Assembly: GCA_965232515.1 (NCBI GenBank)
Contig: CBDDPY010000002.1
Location: forward strand, 6,080,001 to 6,144,000
Direction of reading: 5' to 3'
Source of the DNA: Alphaproteobacteria bacterium
Lineage (GTDB): Bacteria; Pseudomonadota; Alphaproteobacteria; GCA-2731375
DNA length: 64,000 bases
Numbering within the stretch: position 1 is the first letter of the stretch; each line of letters begins with the position of its first letter. A program made the position numbers and the translations under genes. Shown piece after piece: positions 46,239-54,729 of the stretch. The notes beneath the pieces were generated by a model. It was not told the DNA's origin. It did no database searches and saw only the letters and a list, made by a program, of their open reading frames with translations.

Positions 46239-47015
46239 ATGACGGCGTCCACACCGGACCTCGACAAGCTATTTCGTCTGGACGGCCAGGTCGCGGTGGT
46301 GACCGGCGGTGGCGGCGCGATCGGCGGCCTGGCCACCCGCGTGCTGGCGCAGGCCGGCGCGCGCGTGGTCGTGACCGACCGGGATGCGGCGGCCGCGAGA
46401 GCCGTGGCCGTTGAGATCGAGTGGGCCGAGGCCCGGCAGTTGGACGTCGCGGACGAGGCCGCCGTCGATGCGCTGATGGCCGACATCGACGGCGCGCATG
46501 GTCGTATTGATGTGCTGGTCAACGCGGCCGGGATCTCGAAACGGCTGGCCTCGGAAGAGATCCCGCTCGAGACCTGGAGCCAGGTTCTGGCCGTCAATCT
46601 CACCGGCACCTTCCTCTGTGCCCGGGCCGCGGCGCGTGTGATGCTGCGACGCCGGGCGGGCGCCATCGTCAACATCTCCTCGATCATGGGGCATAGCGGC
46701 GGCGGGCTCTATCCGAACCCGGCCTATCACGCCAGCAAGGGCGGGGTCGTGAACCTGACCCGGGCGCTGGCGGCCGAATGGGGCGACCGCGGCATCCGCG
46801 TGAACGACATCGCGCCGACCTTCGTCGATACGCCGCTGGCCACGCCGGTGCTGGGCGATCCGGCGATGCGGGCCGAGATCGACCGCCTGCATCCCCTGGG
46901 CCGCGTCGCGCAGGTCGACGATCTCGCCGGCGCCATCCTCTATCTCGCGAGCCCGGCATCGGCGCTGGTCACCGGTCAGAGCCTGGCGGTCGACGGCGGC
47001 TGGCTGGCGCGCTGA
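46239..47015 (+). CDS. SDR oxidoreductase
   Basis: VTGGGGAIG, VNAAG, YHASK, LAVDGG. Confidence 0.92.
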   Translation: MTASTPDLDKLFRLDGQVAVVTGGGGAIGGLATRVLAQAGARVVVTDRDAAAARAVAVEIEWAEARQLDVADEAAVDALMADIDGAHGRIDVLVNAAGISKRLASEEIPLETWSQVLAVNLTGTFLCARAAARVMLRRRAGAIVNISSIMGHSGGGLYPNPAYHASKGGVVNLTRALAAEWGDRGIRVNDIAPTFVDTPLATPVLGDPAMRAEIDRLHPLGRVAQVDDLAGAILYLASPASALVTGQSLAVDGGWLAR

Positions 47016-47039
47016 TTTCAAACAAGCTGAGGTTTTTTG

Positions 47040-47819
47040 ATGAGCGGTAACATCGTGATGGAAGGCGACGGCGACATCGCGACCGTGATTCTGCGCGCGC
47101 CGGATCGGCTGAACGCGCTGAACATGGCGATGTGGGACGAGCTGCGCCGGGTGTTCGAGGGGCTCGACGCCGACAGCAGCTGGCGCTGCATCATCATTCG
47201 CGGGCACGGCGACAAGGCGTTTGCCGCCGGCGCTGACATCGCCGACTTCGAGGCCAACCGGTCCAGCGTCGAGAAGGCCCGGGCGTATGGCAAGGTCTTC
47301 CACGGCGGGCTGCACGCCGTCGCCAATTGCCGGCATCCGGTGGTGGCCCAGATCCAGGGCGCCTGTGTGGGCGGCGGTCTGGAGCTGGCCTGCTGCTGCG
47401 ACATCCGCATCTGCGGCGAGTCCAGCCGCTTCGGCGTGCCGGTGAACCGGCTGGGCCTGGTGATGGCCTATCAGGAGATGGGCGCGCTGGTCGATCTGGT
47501 CGGCAAGGCGGCGGCGCTGGAGATTGTGCTCGAAGGCCGCGTGTTCAGGGCCGAGGAGGCGCGCGAGAAAGGCCTGGTGAACCGCATCGTCGCCGACGAC
47601 ATGGTCCAGGCCGAGGCGCTGGCGACGGCCGAGCGGATCGCCGCCGGCGCGCCGCTGGTCGCGCGCTGGCACAAGCAGTTCGTCAGCCGCCTGATGGATC
47701 CGCGCCCGCTGAGCGAGGCCGAATTGGACGAAGGCTTCGCCTGCTTCGGGACGGAGGACTTCCAGATCGGCTATAAAGCCTTTCTGGCGAAAGAGAAACC
47801 GGACTTCAAGGGACGATAG
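47040..47819 (+). CDS. Enoyl-CoA hydratase/isomerase family protein
   Basis: AFAAGADIADF, GACVGGGLE, FLAKEKPDFKG. Confidence 0.9.
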   Translation: MSGNIVMEGDGDIATVILRAPDRLNALNMAMWDELRRVFEGLDADSSWRCIIIRGHGDKAFAAGADIADFEANRSSVEKARAYGKVFHGGLHAVANCRHPVVAQIQGACVGGGLELACCCDIRICGESSRFGVPVNRLGLVMAYQEMGALVDLVGKAAALEIVLEGRVFRAEEAREKGLVNRIVADDMVQAEALATAERIAAGAPLVARWHKQFVSRLMDPRPLSEAELDEGFACFGTEDFQIGYKAFLAKEKPDFKGR

Positions 47820-47821
47820 AC

Positions 47822-49060
47822 ATGCCAATCGAGCGATTTGGCCCGCTGAAGGGCGTCACCGTTATCGAACTCTGCCACGTGATGGCCGGCCCGACCTGCG
47901 GGCTGATGCTGGCCGACATGGGCGCCGATGTGATCAAGGTCGAGAAGCTCGACGGCGGCGACGATACGCGCCGGGCCCTGCCGCCCGAGATCAACGGCGA
48001 GCCGGCAGCCTTCATGATGATGAACCGCAACAAGCGCGGCGTCGTCGTCGACCTGAAGACCGAAGGCGGCAAGCGCGTGCTGCGCCGTTTGCTGGAGAAG
48101 GCCGACGTCGTCACCGAGAACTACCGCAAGGGCACGATGGAAAAGCTCGGCCTCGACTACGAAGCCCTGCGCAAGGTCAATCCCGGCCTGATTTTGGCCT
48201 CGATCTCCGGCTTCGGCCGCTCAGGCCCCTATGCCGACCGTCCGGGCTTCGATCTGGTCGCCCAAGGCATGAGCGGCCTGATGAGCATCACCGGCGAAAG
48301 CCCCGAGCGGCCGCCGGTCAAGGTCGGCGCGCCGCTCTGCGACATCACCGCCGGGCTGCTGCTGGCCATGGGCGTGCTCGCCGCCTATACGCATCGCTTG
48401 AAGACCGGCGAGGGCCAGGTCGTCGATACCTCGCTGCTGGAGGCCGGCATCACGCACACCTACTGGCAATCGGCGATCTGCTTCGCCGACGGCAAGCCGC
48501 CGCTAGCCATGGGCTCGGCGCATCCGCTGAACGCGCCGTATCAGGCGGTCCGCACCAAGGACGGCTACATCAATATCGGCGCCGCGAACGTCAAGACCTG
48601 GGGCCTGTTCATCGAGGCCTTCGGTCTGCAGCGGCTGGGCGAAGACGAACGCTTCAGGGACAATGCCGGCCGCATGGCGAACCGTGAGGCGCTGATCACC
48701 GAGATTGAAACGGCCTTCGCGCCGTTCACCAGCGCCGAGCTGCTGGACAAGCTGGAGCAGGCCGGCGTGCCGGCGGGGCCCATCTTCAATGTGCAGGAGA
48801 TGCACGCCGACCCGCAAGTGCAGGCCCGCGACATGGTGCCGACGGTCGCGCATCCCGTGGCCGGCAACGTGCAGACCATCGGCCTGCCGGTGAAGTTCTC
48901 CGACACGCCCGGCAAGGTGGGGGCCGCGGCGCCGACGTTCGGTCAGCACACCCGCGAGGTCTTGCTGGAATACGGCTTCGATGCGGCCGAGATTGCGCAA
49001 CTCGCCAACGAGAAGGCGATCCACGTGGGCGACGCGCCGACCGCCGACGCCGCCGAGTAG
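47822..49060 (+). CDS. CaiB/BaiF family III CoA-transferase
   Basis: GPLKGVTVIE, AGPTCG..LADMGADVIKVE, NRNKR, RPGFDLVAQGMSG. Confidence 0.92.
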   Translation: MPIERFGPLKGVTVIELCHVMAGPTCGLMLADMGADVIKVEKLDGGDDTRRALPPEINGEPAAFMMMNRNKRGVVVDLKTEGGKRVLRRLLEKADVVTENYRKGTMEKLGLDYEALRKVNPGLILASISGFGRSGPYADRPGFDLVAQGMSGLMSITGESPERPPVKVGAPLCDITAGLLLAMGVLAAYTHRLKTGEGQVVDTSLLEAGITHTYWQSAICFADGKPPLAMGSAHPLNAPYQAVRTKDGYINIGAANVKTWGLFIEAFGLQRLGEDERFRDNAGRMANREALITEIETAFAPFTSAELLDKLEQAGVPAGPIFNVQEMHADPQVQARDMVPTVAHPVAGNVQTIGLPVKFSDTPGKVGAAAPTFGQHTREVLLEYGFDAAEIAQLANEKAIHVGDAPTADAAE

Positions 49061-49063
49061 CCG

Positions 49064-49756
49064 CTACTCCGCCGCGGCGGAGTCGAACAGGCCGCCGATG
49101 TAGAAGCCGCGCCGTTTCAGGCTGGCGACCCATTCGTCGGCGAAGCTCGGCGCCACCGAGCCGGTGACGATCTCGCTCGCCAGCAGCGCGTCCGACCAGG
49201 CCTTGACCTGCGGGAAGTCGTTCAGCAACCCGCTTTGCAGCCGCTGCTCGGCCATGTCGAAGCGCTGCAGGAACGGCGCATAGGCCGCGTCGACAAGGCA
49301 CAGCTTGTCGCCGTTGAAGTAGGGACCGTCATTGCCGCGCTCCTGCGCGATGGCGTCCTCCAGCTTTTGCAGCACCTTGGGCGCAGCCGCCAGACCCTCG
49401 TCGACGCCCTCGCGAGTTGCCTGGTAGTAGACGCCACTCAGGCCCTTGGAGAAATCCGGCACGAAGTCGGTCCAGGCCCGGTTGCGGGCTCGCTTGATCG
49501 GGTCCTCCGGATGCAGGCGCGGCGGCACCACTTCGTCCAGGAACTCGGCGATGGCGTTCGATTCGAACAGCGGCTCGCCGTCCACGTTCAGCACCGGCAC
49601 CTTGCCGTGCGGCGAGATCTCCAGGAACCAGCCCGGCTTCTCACGAAGATTGATGTAGGTGACCTCGAACTCGACCTGTTTCGCACGCATCACGATCACG
49701 GCGCGCTGAACCCAGGGTCAAGTTACCGAGCTCACCAGATGATATTTGCTGGCCAT
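49064..49756 (-). CDS. Glutathione S-transferase (omega-like), probable selenoprotein with Sec13 (in-frame UGA)
   Basis: ATG 49756 reads MASKYHLVSSVT-UGA-PWVQRAVIVM...; the UGA (49718-49720) sits at the catalytic C of the CP(W/Y/F)VQR motif; SPHGKVPVL and FESNAI are intact; hairpin follows the UGA. Confidence 0.85.
49673..49720 (-). other. Candidate bacterial SECIS element
   Basis: mRNA UGACCCUGGGUUCAGCGCGCCGUGAUCGUGAUGCGUGCGAAACAGGUC: upper stem GCGCGC(C)GU/AUGCGUGC with G-initiated loop GAUCGUG 20 nt after the UGA; lower stem GACC(C)UG/CAGGUC. Confidence 0.6.
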
Positions 49757-49830
49757 AACAGTGTTTCCGACATCTCGGTTGCTCAGGCCGCCAGTCTCTC
49801 CCATTGTCTGGCCGAAGGAAAGCGTCGTCG

Positions 49831-50433
49831 CTAGGCGGGCCGGCAGATCATCTCGACCGCATCGTCGGCGAATTTCACCAGGCTGGCCTTGGCCTCGCCC
49901 AAGCGGGAGCGCAGCGCCAGGCTGTGCAGCACCGCCTGCGCCAGCTTCGCCGCCGCCTCCGGCGCGCGCGACGTCGGGAACTGGCCGTCGTCCTGGGCTT
50001 GCCGAAACCGACGCGTCAGCATGTCGTCGATCTGGCTCAGCAGGTGCTTGACGTCACGCCGCACCTCGGCGTGCACGACGGCCTCGACCGGCGCCGTGCA
50101 GAAGGCGAAACAACCGCGCGCCGGCTTGCCGCCGCAATAGACGTCGAGCGCGGCGCGATAGAGCTTGCGCAGCGATTGGGCGAGGTCGGGTTCGTCGGTC
50201 AATCGGTCGCCGACCTCGGTCTCGAGCTGCGCCGCGAACCGTGCCATGGACCGGCGGTAGATCATCTCCTTGTCGCCGAATGCGTTGTAGAGGCTGGGCC
50301 GGTTCATGCCCGTGGCCCGGGCCAGATCGTCCAGCGACGTGGCGGTAAGGCCCTGGGTCCAGAACAACTGCATCGCCGCTTCCAGCGCCTCGTCGGGATC
50401 GTACTGCCGTGGCCGGCCGCGCGGTCTGCTCAT
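49831..50433 (-). CDS. TetR family transcriptional regulator
   Basis: RGRPRQYD, FWTQG..ATSLDDLARATGMNRPSLYNAFGDK, RGCF. Confidence 0.93.
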   Translation of the reverse strand: MSRPRGRPRQYDPDEALEAAMQLFWTQGLTATSLDDLARATGMNRPSLYNAFGDKEMIYRRSMARFAAQLETEVGDRLTDEPDLAQSLRKLYRAALDVYCGGKPARGCFAFCTAPVEAVVHAEVRRDVKHLLSQIDDMLTRRFRQAQDDGQFPTSRAPEAAAKLAQAVLHSLALRSRLGEAKASLVKFADDAVEMICRPA

Positions 50434-50494
50434 TTTTGTACCTATTCGCATAATTTAATTGACTCCGATAATTTTATGCGGAACGATACAAAAA
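50433..50494. promoter_or_regulatory. Twin inverted TetR operators in the tetR/GST divergent region
   Basis: Reverse complement of 50433-50453 is TTATGCGAATAGGTACAAAAA; 50474-50494 is TTATGCGGAACGATACAAAAA (17/21); TTGACT -35-like hexamer lies between them. Confidence 0.7.
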
Positions 50495-50516
50495 ATCCAG
50501 ACCGCGAGACCCGACC

Positions 50517-51464
50517 ATGCCCAGAATCGACCATCCCAAGAGCCCCCTCGTGCCCAAGCTCCAGGGCCTGCATCTGTTCCACTTCGAAGGCGCGCCCTGC
50601 GCCCAGCGCGTCCGCTTCGCGCTGGCGGAAAAGGGCCTGGCGCGGGACCGGGACGTCGCCTGGCAGTCGGTCGCGCCCGACACGCTCGTTGCCGAGACCG
50701 GCACCTGGATCAGCCGGCATGTCTCGCTGGTCAAGAAGGACCACCTGACCGACGCCTACGCGGCAATCCACCCGAACCTGGTTGTGCCGGCGCTCGTGCA
50801 TGACGGGCGGCTCTATATCGAATCCATGGACATCGTGGACTACATCGACGCGACCTGGCCGGAGAACCGCCTGGTGCCGGACGACTCCGACCGCGCGGCG
50901 CTGGCCCGGTCACTGGTCGACCAGGCGAAGGCGCTGCATGTTTCAGTGCGTTACGTGTCGTTCCGCTGGGGCCTGGGTCGCCTCGGCAAGCTGAACGCCA
51001 GCGACGAAGAAAACCTGCGACGCCTCGAGACCGACGGTTCGCCCGAACAGCTCGTCAACTTCTATGAAAGATATGACCGCGGCCAGATCGAGGAGGCGAC
51101 CTTCGCCGAGCACCTGGCGGCGCTCGAGGGCGGCTACGGGGCGCTGGAGCGGCTGTTGTCGGGCGACGGCCAGCCGTTTCTGACGGGCGACAGCTTCAGC
51201 ATCGCCGACATTATCTGGTCGCTGAAAGTGCTCAGGATCGAGGAATGCGGCTATCCCTTCGCCGCGAACTTCCCGGCGCTGTTCGCCTGGTATGGCCGGG
51301 TGACAAGCCGGCCCGCGTTCAAGGAGGGCGTCATGTCGCGGCATACGGCGATGAGCCGGACCTTCAAGCTCAAGGCCGCCGCCGCGAACCTGATGGGCCA
51401 TGGTCTGAAGCAGGCGAGCCGGCGCCAGGATAAGACCGGTGGGAGCGCGGCGAGTGCCGCGTGA
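50517..51464 (+). CDS. Glutathione S-transferase family protein
   Basis: LFHFEGAPCAQRVRFALAEKG, HPNLVVPALVHDG, IESMDI, FLTGDSFSIADI. Confidence 0.87.
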   Translation: MPRIDHPKSPLVPKLQGLHLFHFEGAPCAQRVRFALAEKGLARDRDVAWQSVAPDTLVAETGTWISRHVSLVKKDHLTDAYAAIHPNLVVPALVHDGRLYIESMDIVDYIDATWPENRLVPDDSDRAALARSLVDQAKALHVSVRYVSFRWGLGRLGKLNASDEENLRRLETDGSPEQLVNFYERYDRGQIEEATFAEHLAALEGGYGALERLLSGDGQPFLTGDSFSIADIIWSLKVLRIEECGYPFAANFPALFAWYGRVTSRPAFKEGVMSRHTAMSRTFKLKAAAANLMGHGLKQASRRQDKTGGSAASAA

Positions 51465-51801
51465 GCGGGATCGCCACCTCCAGATCGAGCGCGATCAACT
51501 GCGGCGCATGCGTTGGGTTTCGCTGCTGGAGGGAACGACGCTCGTTGTCCTGGTCTTCGTCGCCGTGCCGCTCAAGCATTTGGGCGGTTATCCGCAAGCG
51601 ACGGCGGTGATGGGCCCGGTCCATGGCATGACCTTCCTGCTCTACGTCTGGATGGCGTTTCAGACCGTCGCGACAGGCGGCTGGTCGGCCGGCGAAACAT
51701 CCCGGCTGCTGATCGTCGCCTTCATCCCATTCGGTGGGCTCGTGAACGCGGGCTTGCTGCGTCGGAAGGAAATTGAGCTGATCGCGCACGCAGGCTGCTG
51801 A
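51454..51801 (+). CDS. DUF3817 small membrane protein
   Basis: LLEGTTL.VLVFVAVPLKH, GPVHG..FLLY, AFIPFGG; GTG 51454 after GGGAG. Confidence 0.82.
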   Translation: MPRERDRHLQIERDQLRRMRWVSLLEGTTLVVLVFVAVPLKHLGGYPQATAVMGPVHGMTFLLYVWMAFQTVATGGWSAGETSRLLIVAFIPFGGLVNAGLLRRKEIELIAHAGC

Positions 51802-51806
51802 CGGAC

Positions 51807-52220
51807 ATGGCGTATCTCTGGCTGAAGGCGTTTCACATCGCGGCCGTGATGGTTTGGATCGGCGGCCTGTTGGTCTCGTCGATGGCCGTGGCCGCCGTGC
51901 AAGCGTCCTCGACGACGACGTTCGCGACGATCCGGCGATGGGACAGGCGGGTCACGTCGCCAGCCATGCTGCTGGTCTGGATCGTGGGGTTGGCGCTGGC
52001 GGCGCTGGCCGACTGGTTTCCGTCCGCCTGGCTGATTGTCAAGCTGGTGATCGTGCTGGCGCTCTCGGCCCTGCACGGCATGTTGACGGGGACGTTGCGG
52101 CGACGGGCCGAAGGTCTGGATCACCGTCCGCCCGCATTCCTGCGGTTTGCGCCACCGCTTGTCGTGGTGGGCGCGACAGCCATCGTGCTGCTGGCGGTCG
52201 TCAAACCATTCGAGGGCTAA
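51807..52220 (+). CDS. CopD/HemJ(UPF0093)-like 4-TM membrane protein
   Basis: YLWLKAFHI.AVMVWIGGL, PAMLLVW..G, WLIVKL, LAVVKPF. Confidence 0.8.
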   Translation: MAYLWLKAFHIAAVMVWIGGLLVSSMAVAAVQASSTTTFATIRRWDRRVTSPAMLLVWIVGLALAALADWFPSAWLIVKLVIVLALSALHGMLTGTLRRRAEGLDHRPPAFLRFAPPLVVVGATAIVLLAVVKPFEG

Positions 52221-52837
52221 TCCGGCCGCAGCATCTCGAAGGCTTCGTCGACGACCGCATAGTCGAAATAGCCGAGCCGGGCGACGGGCCGCAGGCGGCC
52301 GATGTCGATCTTGCCCTCGACGATGACGTCGTCGCTGATATGAATGCCGACGACCTTGCCGATCACCATGTAGTTGCCGTCGCCGCGCCGGCTTTGCGGC
52401 AGGTCGACGACCTGGTGCAGCACGCATTCGAAATGCGCCGGCGCCGCGGCGACACGCGGCGGCCTGACCTTTTCCGACGGCAGCGCGTTCAGGCCGGTAT
52501 GGTTCATCTCGTCGATGCTGCGGGCGACATGCTCTGACGAGGCATTCATCTGCTCGCGCGTCTCCCAGCTGGCGAGGTTGAAGACGAACTCGCCGGTGTC
52601 CTCGACATTCTTCAGGCTGTCCTTCTTGCCGCCCTCGGGATGGCCGCCGTTGGGGCAGTACATCACCATCGGCGGATCGTCGCAGACGGCGTTGAAATAG
52701 CTGAACGGCGCCAGGTTGACGACGCCGTCGGTGCTGATCGTCGAGATCCAGCCGATCGGCCGCGGCACGACCAGCGATTTGAAGGGACTGTGCTTCAGCG
52801 GCGGTGGCCGCATGCCCTCGGCGGGATCGAAAAACAT
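52217..52837 (-). CDS. Flavin reductase (DIM6/NTAB) family protein
   Basis: VPRPIGWIST, NLAPFSYFN, KDSLKN.E.TGEFV, PVARLG. Confidence 0.92.
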   Translation of the reverse strand: MFFDPAEGMRPPPLKHSPFKSLVVPRPIGWISTISTDGVVNLAPFSYFNAVCDDPPMVMYCPNGGHPEGGKKDSLKNVEDTGEFVFNLASWETREQMNASSEHVARSIDEMNHTGLNALPSEKVRPPRVAAAPAHFECVLHQVVDLPQSRRGDGNYMVIGKVVGIHISDDVIVEGKIDIGRLRPVARLGYFDYAVVDEAFEMLRPD

Positions 52838-52849
52838 GGGCTCAGCTCC

Positions 52850-53764
52850 TCAGATCGGGTCCCAGCTGTAATACTCGCCGGTGCCCTTCAGGTCGTAGAG
52901 GTCCTGCCGCAGGGCGGGCTCCAGCATGTCTGCGAGGTTGTCCGGCGTCCAGCCGTCGCTGTTATGCAGCGTGCGGACCGGCCGGGGCTGGGACATCAGA
53001 TAGATCTCGTTGCCGCGCACGCCGAAGATCTGGCCGCTGACGCCGCTCGCTGCGTCGCTGGTCAGGTAGACCACCAGGGGCGCGATCTGCGCCGCCGTGG
53101 CGCCGGCGCGGAATTTCTCGAAGGCTTCGGCCTGGGCCTCGCTCTGTACCGGGATTGCCTCGATCATGCGGGTCCAGGCGAACGGCGCGACGGCGTTCGA
53201 GCGCACGCCGAAGCGCTGGCCTTCCATGGCGATCACGCGCGACAGGCCGACGATGCCGAACTTGGCGGCGGCATAGTTCGCCTGGCCGATATTGCCGTTC
53301 AGCGCCGATGTCGAGGTGAACTGCACGAAGGCGCCGCTCTCCTGCGCCCGGAACCGGTCCATGGCGGCGCGGCTGACGAGATAGGTGCCGTTCAGATGCA
53401 CGTCCAGCACGGCCTGCCATTGCGCCAGCTCCATCTTATGGAACATGGCGTCGCGCAGAATGCCGGCGACGTTAACCACGGCGTCGATGCGCCCGAAGCC
53501 GTCGACCGCGGCCTGCACCATGGCGTCGGCGCCGTCGGGACTGCTGACGCTGTCATTGTTGGCGACGGCCTCGCCGCCGGCCGCCGCGATCTCGTCGGCG
53601 ACCTGCTGGGCCGGATTTTCGTCCGTGGTATCGCCGCCGAGCGTGCCGCCGAGATCGTTAACAACGACCCGCGCGCCTTCCGCCGCCATCGCCAACGCGA
53701 CCTCGCGGCCGATACCGCGGCCGGCGCCGGTGACCAGCGCGACCTTGCCGTCCATCACCCCCAT
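52850..53764 (-). CDS. SDR oxidoreductase (3-hydroxyacyl-CoA dehydrogenase-like)
   Basis: VTGAGRGIG, VVVNDLG, AGILRD, GQANYAAAK; start ATG 53764 with GGAGGAG RBS. Confidence 0.92.
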   Translation of the reverse strand: MGVMDGKVALVTGAGRGIGREVALAMAAEGARVVVNDLGGTLGGDTTDENPAQQVADEIAAAGGEAVANNDSVSSPDGADAMVQAAVDGFGRIDAVVNVAGILRDAMFHKMELAQWQAVLDVHLNGTYLVSRAAMDRFRAQESGAFVQFTSTSALNGNIGQANYAAAKFGIVGLSRVIAMEGQRFGVRSNAVAPFAWTRMIEAIPVQSEAQAEAFEKFRAGATAAQIAPLVVYLTSDAASGVSGQIFGVRGNEIYLMSQPRPVRTLHNSDGWTPDNLADMLEPALRQDLYDLKGTGEYYSWDPI

Positions 53765-53834
53765 TTCTCGCTCCTCCGGAATGTCCAAGCTGTCCGCCCG
53801 GCACGCTAGCGGCAAAGCCCCGGCAGGTCCATGC

Positions 53835-53863
53835 TTGGCAACGGCGCGGAAAGCTGCTACATC
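53835..53863 (+). promoter_or_regulatory. Putative sigma70 promoter
   Basis: TTGGCA-N17-TACATC in the context CTTG...GCTACAT, typical of alphaproteobacterial housekeeping promoters. Confidence 0.45.
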
Positions 53864-53973
53864 GCCTGCATCATGACGCCCGCCAACCGACTCCGACGAC
53901 GAGGCAAGAACCAGCGGCTCCGCACGAGCCGTCGCCAGGATGCCTATGTCAAACGTCGTTCGGAATCGAAGCC

Positions 53974-54729
53974 GTGTTTTTACTTTCCCATGAGCGGTCG
54001 CAAGACGCCGCCGCAATACGTGAACTGATCGCCCGGTCTTTCGGACCGGACCACCCCGACAAACCCGTCTCCAAGCTGCGCGAGCGCTGTTCGCGTGAAC
54101 CCGATCTCTGTTTGGTCGCGCGGCAGGGTAACCATGTTGTCGGCGCGATCCGCTATTGGCATGTCGAGATCGGCGCCAGGCGGTCGACGGCGCTGCTGCT
54201 CGGACCGCTCGCGGTCGCGCCGGAGCGCCAGGGCCGCGGGATCGGCGCGGCGCTCGTCTGGTCGACGCTGGATATGGCCGAAAAGGCCGGCCATGGCTCG
54301 GTCCTGCTGGTCGGCGACCCGGCCTACTATCGCCGGTTCGGCTTCCGCGCCGCTTCAGATCTCGGGATCACGCTTGCCGGCGAGACCGAGCGGTTGCGGG
54401 TGCACGAATTACGGCCGGATGCCCTGCGGAATGTCAGTGGGGCCCTGCGGCCCGGGAGGGGCGTTCGCCGACCGGGATCCTCAGCGGCCCTCGCGATGCC
54501 AGGCCAACATCGTGACGCCCAGCACCAGCGCCAGCACCACCAGCGCCGGCAGCATCGGGATCTGCTCGACGCCGGTCACCAAGTAGTCCCCGTTCGCCCG
54601 CAGGCCGAACCAGCTCCGGCCCGCGGCGTCCCGCTCGGGCTTCACGCGCCGAACGTCGGGAATGCCGTCGCTCAGCCAGAAGCTGCCGCCGCCCGTCCGT
54701 TCCACAAGCGGTGCCAGCGGCTGCGGTGA
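53974..54729 (+). CDS. GNAT N-acetyltransferase (YhbS-like); C-terminal read-on overlaps the convergent gene
   Basis: LLGPLAVAPERQGRGIG..LV, LLVGDPAYYRRFGF; the domain ends near 54450 but the first stop is at 54729. Confidence 0.82.
   Translation: MFLLSHERSQDAAAIRELIARSFGPDHPDKPVSKLRERCSREPDLCLVARQGNHVVGAIRYWHVEIGARRSTALLLGPLAVAPERQGRGIGAALVWSTLDMAEKAGHGSVLLVGDPAYYRRFGFRAASDLGITLAGETERLRVHELRPDALRNVSGALRPGRGVRRPGSSAALAMPGQHRDAQHQRQHHQRRQHRDLLDAGHQVVPVRPQAEPAPARGVPLGLHAPNVGNAVAQPEAAAARPFHKRCQRLR

Noticed and set aside
49064-49756. GST as a pseudogene
   Set aside because: The only lesion is a TGA exactly at the catalytic Cys column, followed by a SECIS-like hairpin; Sec recoding is more parsimonious, though unproven without sel genes.
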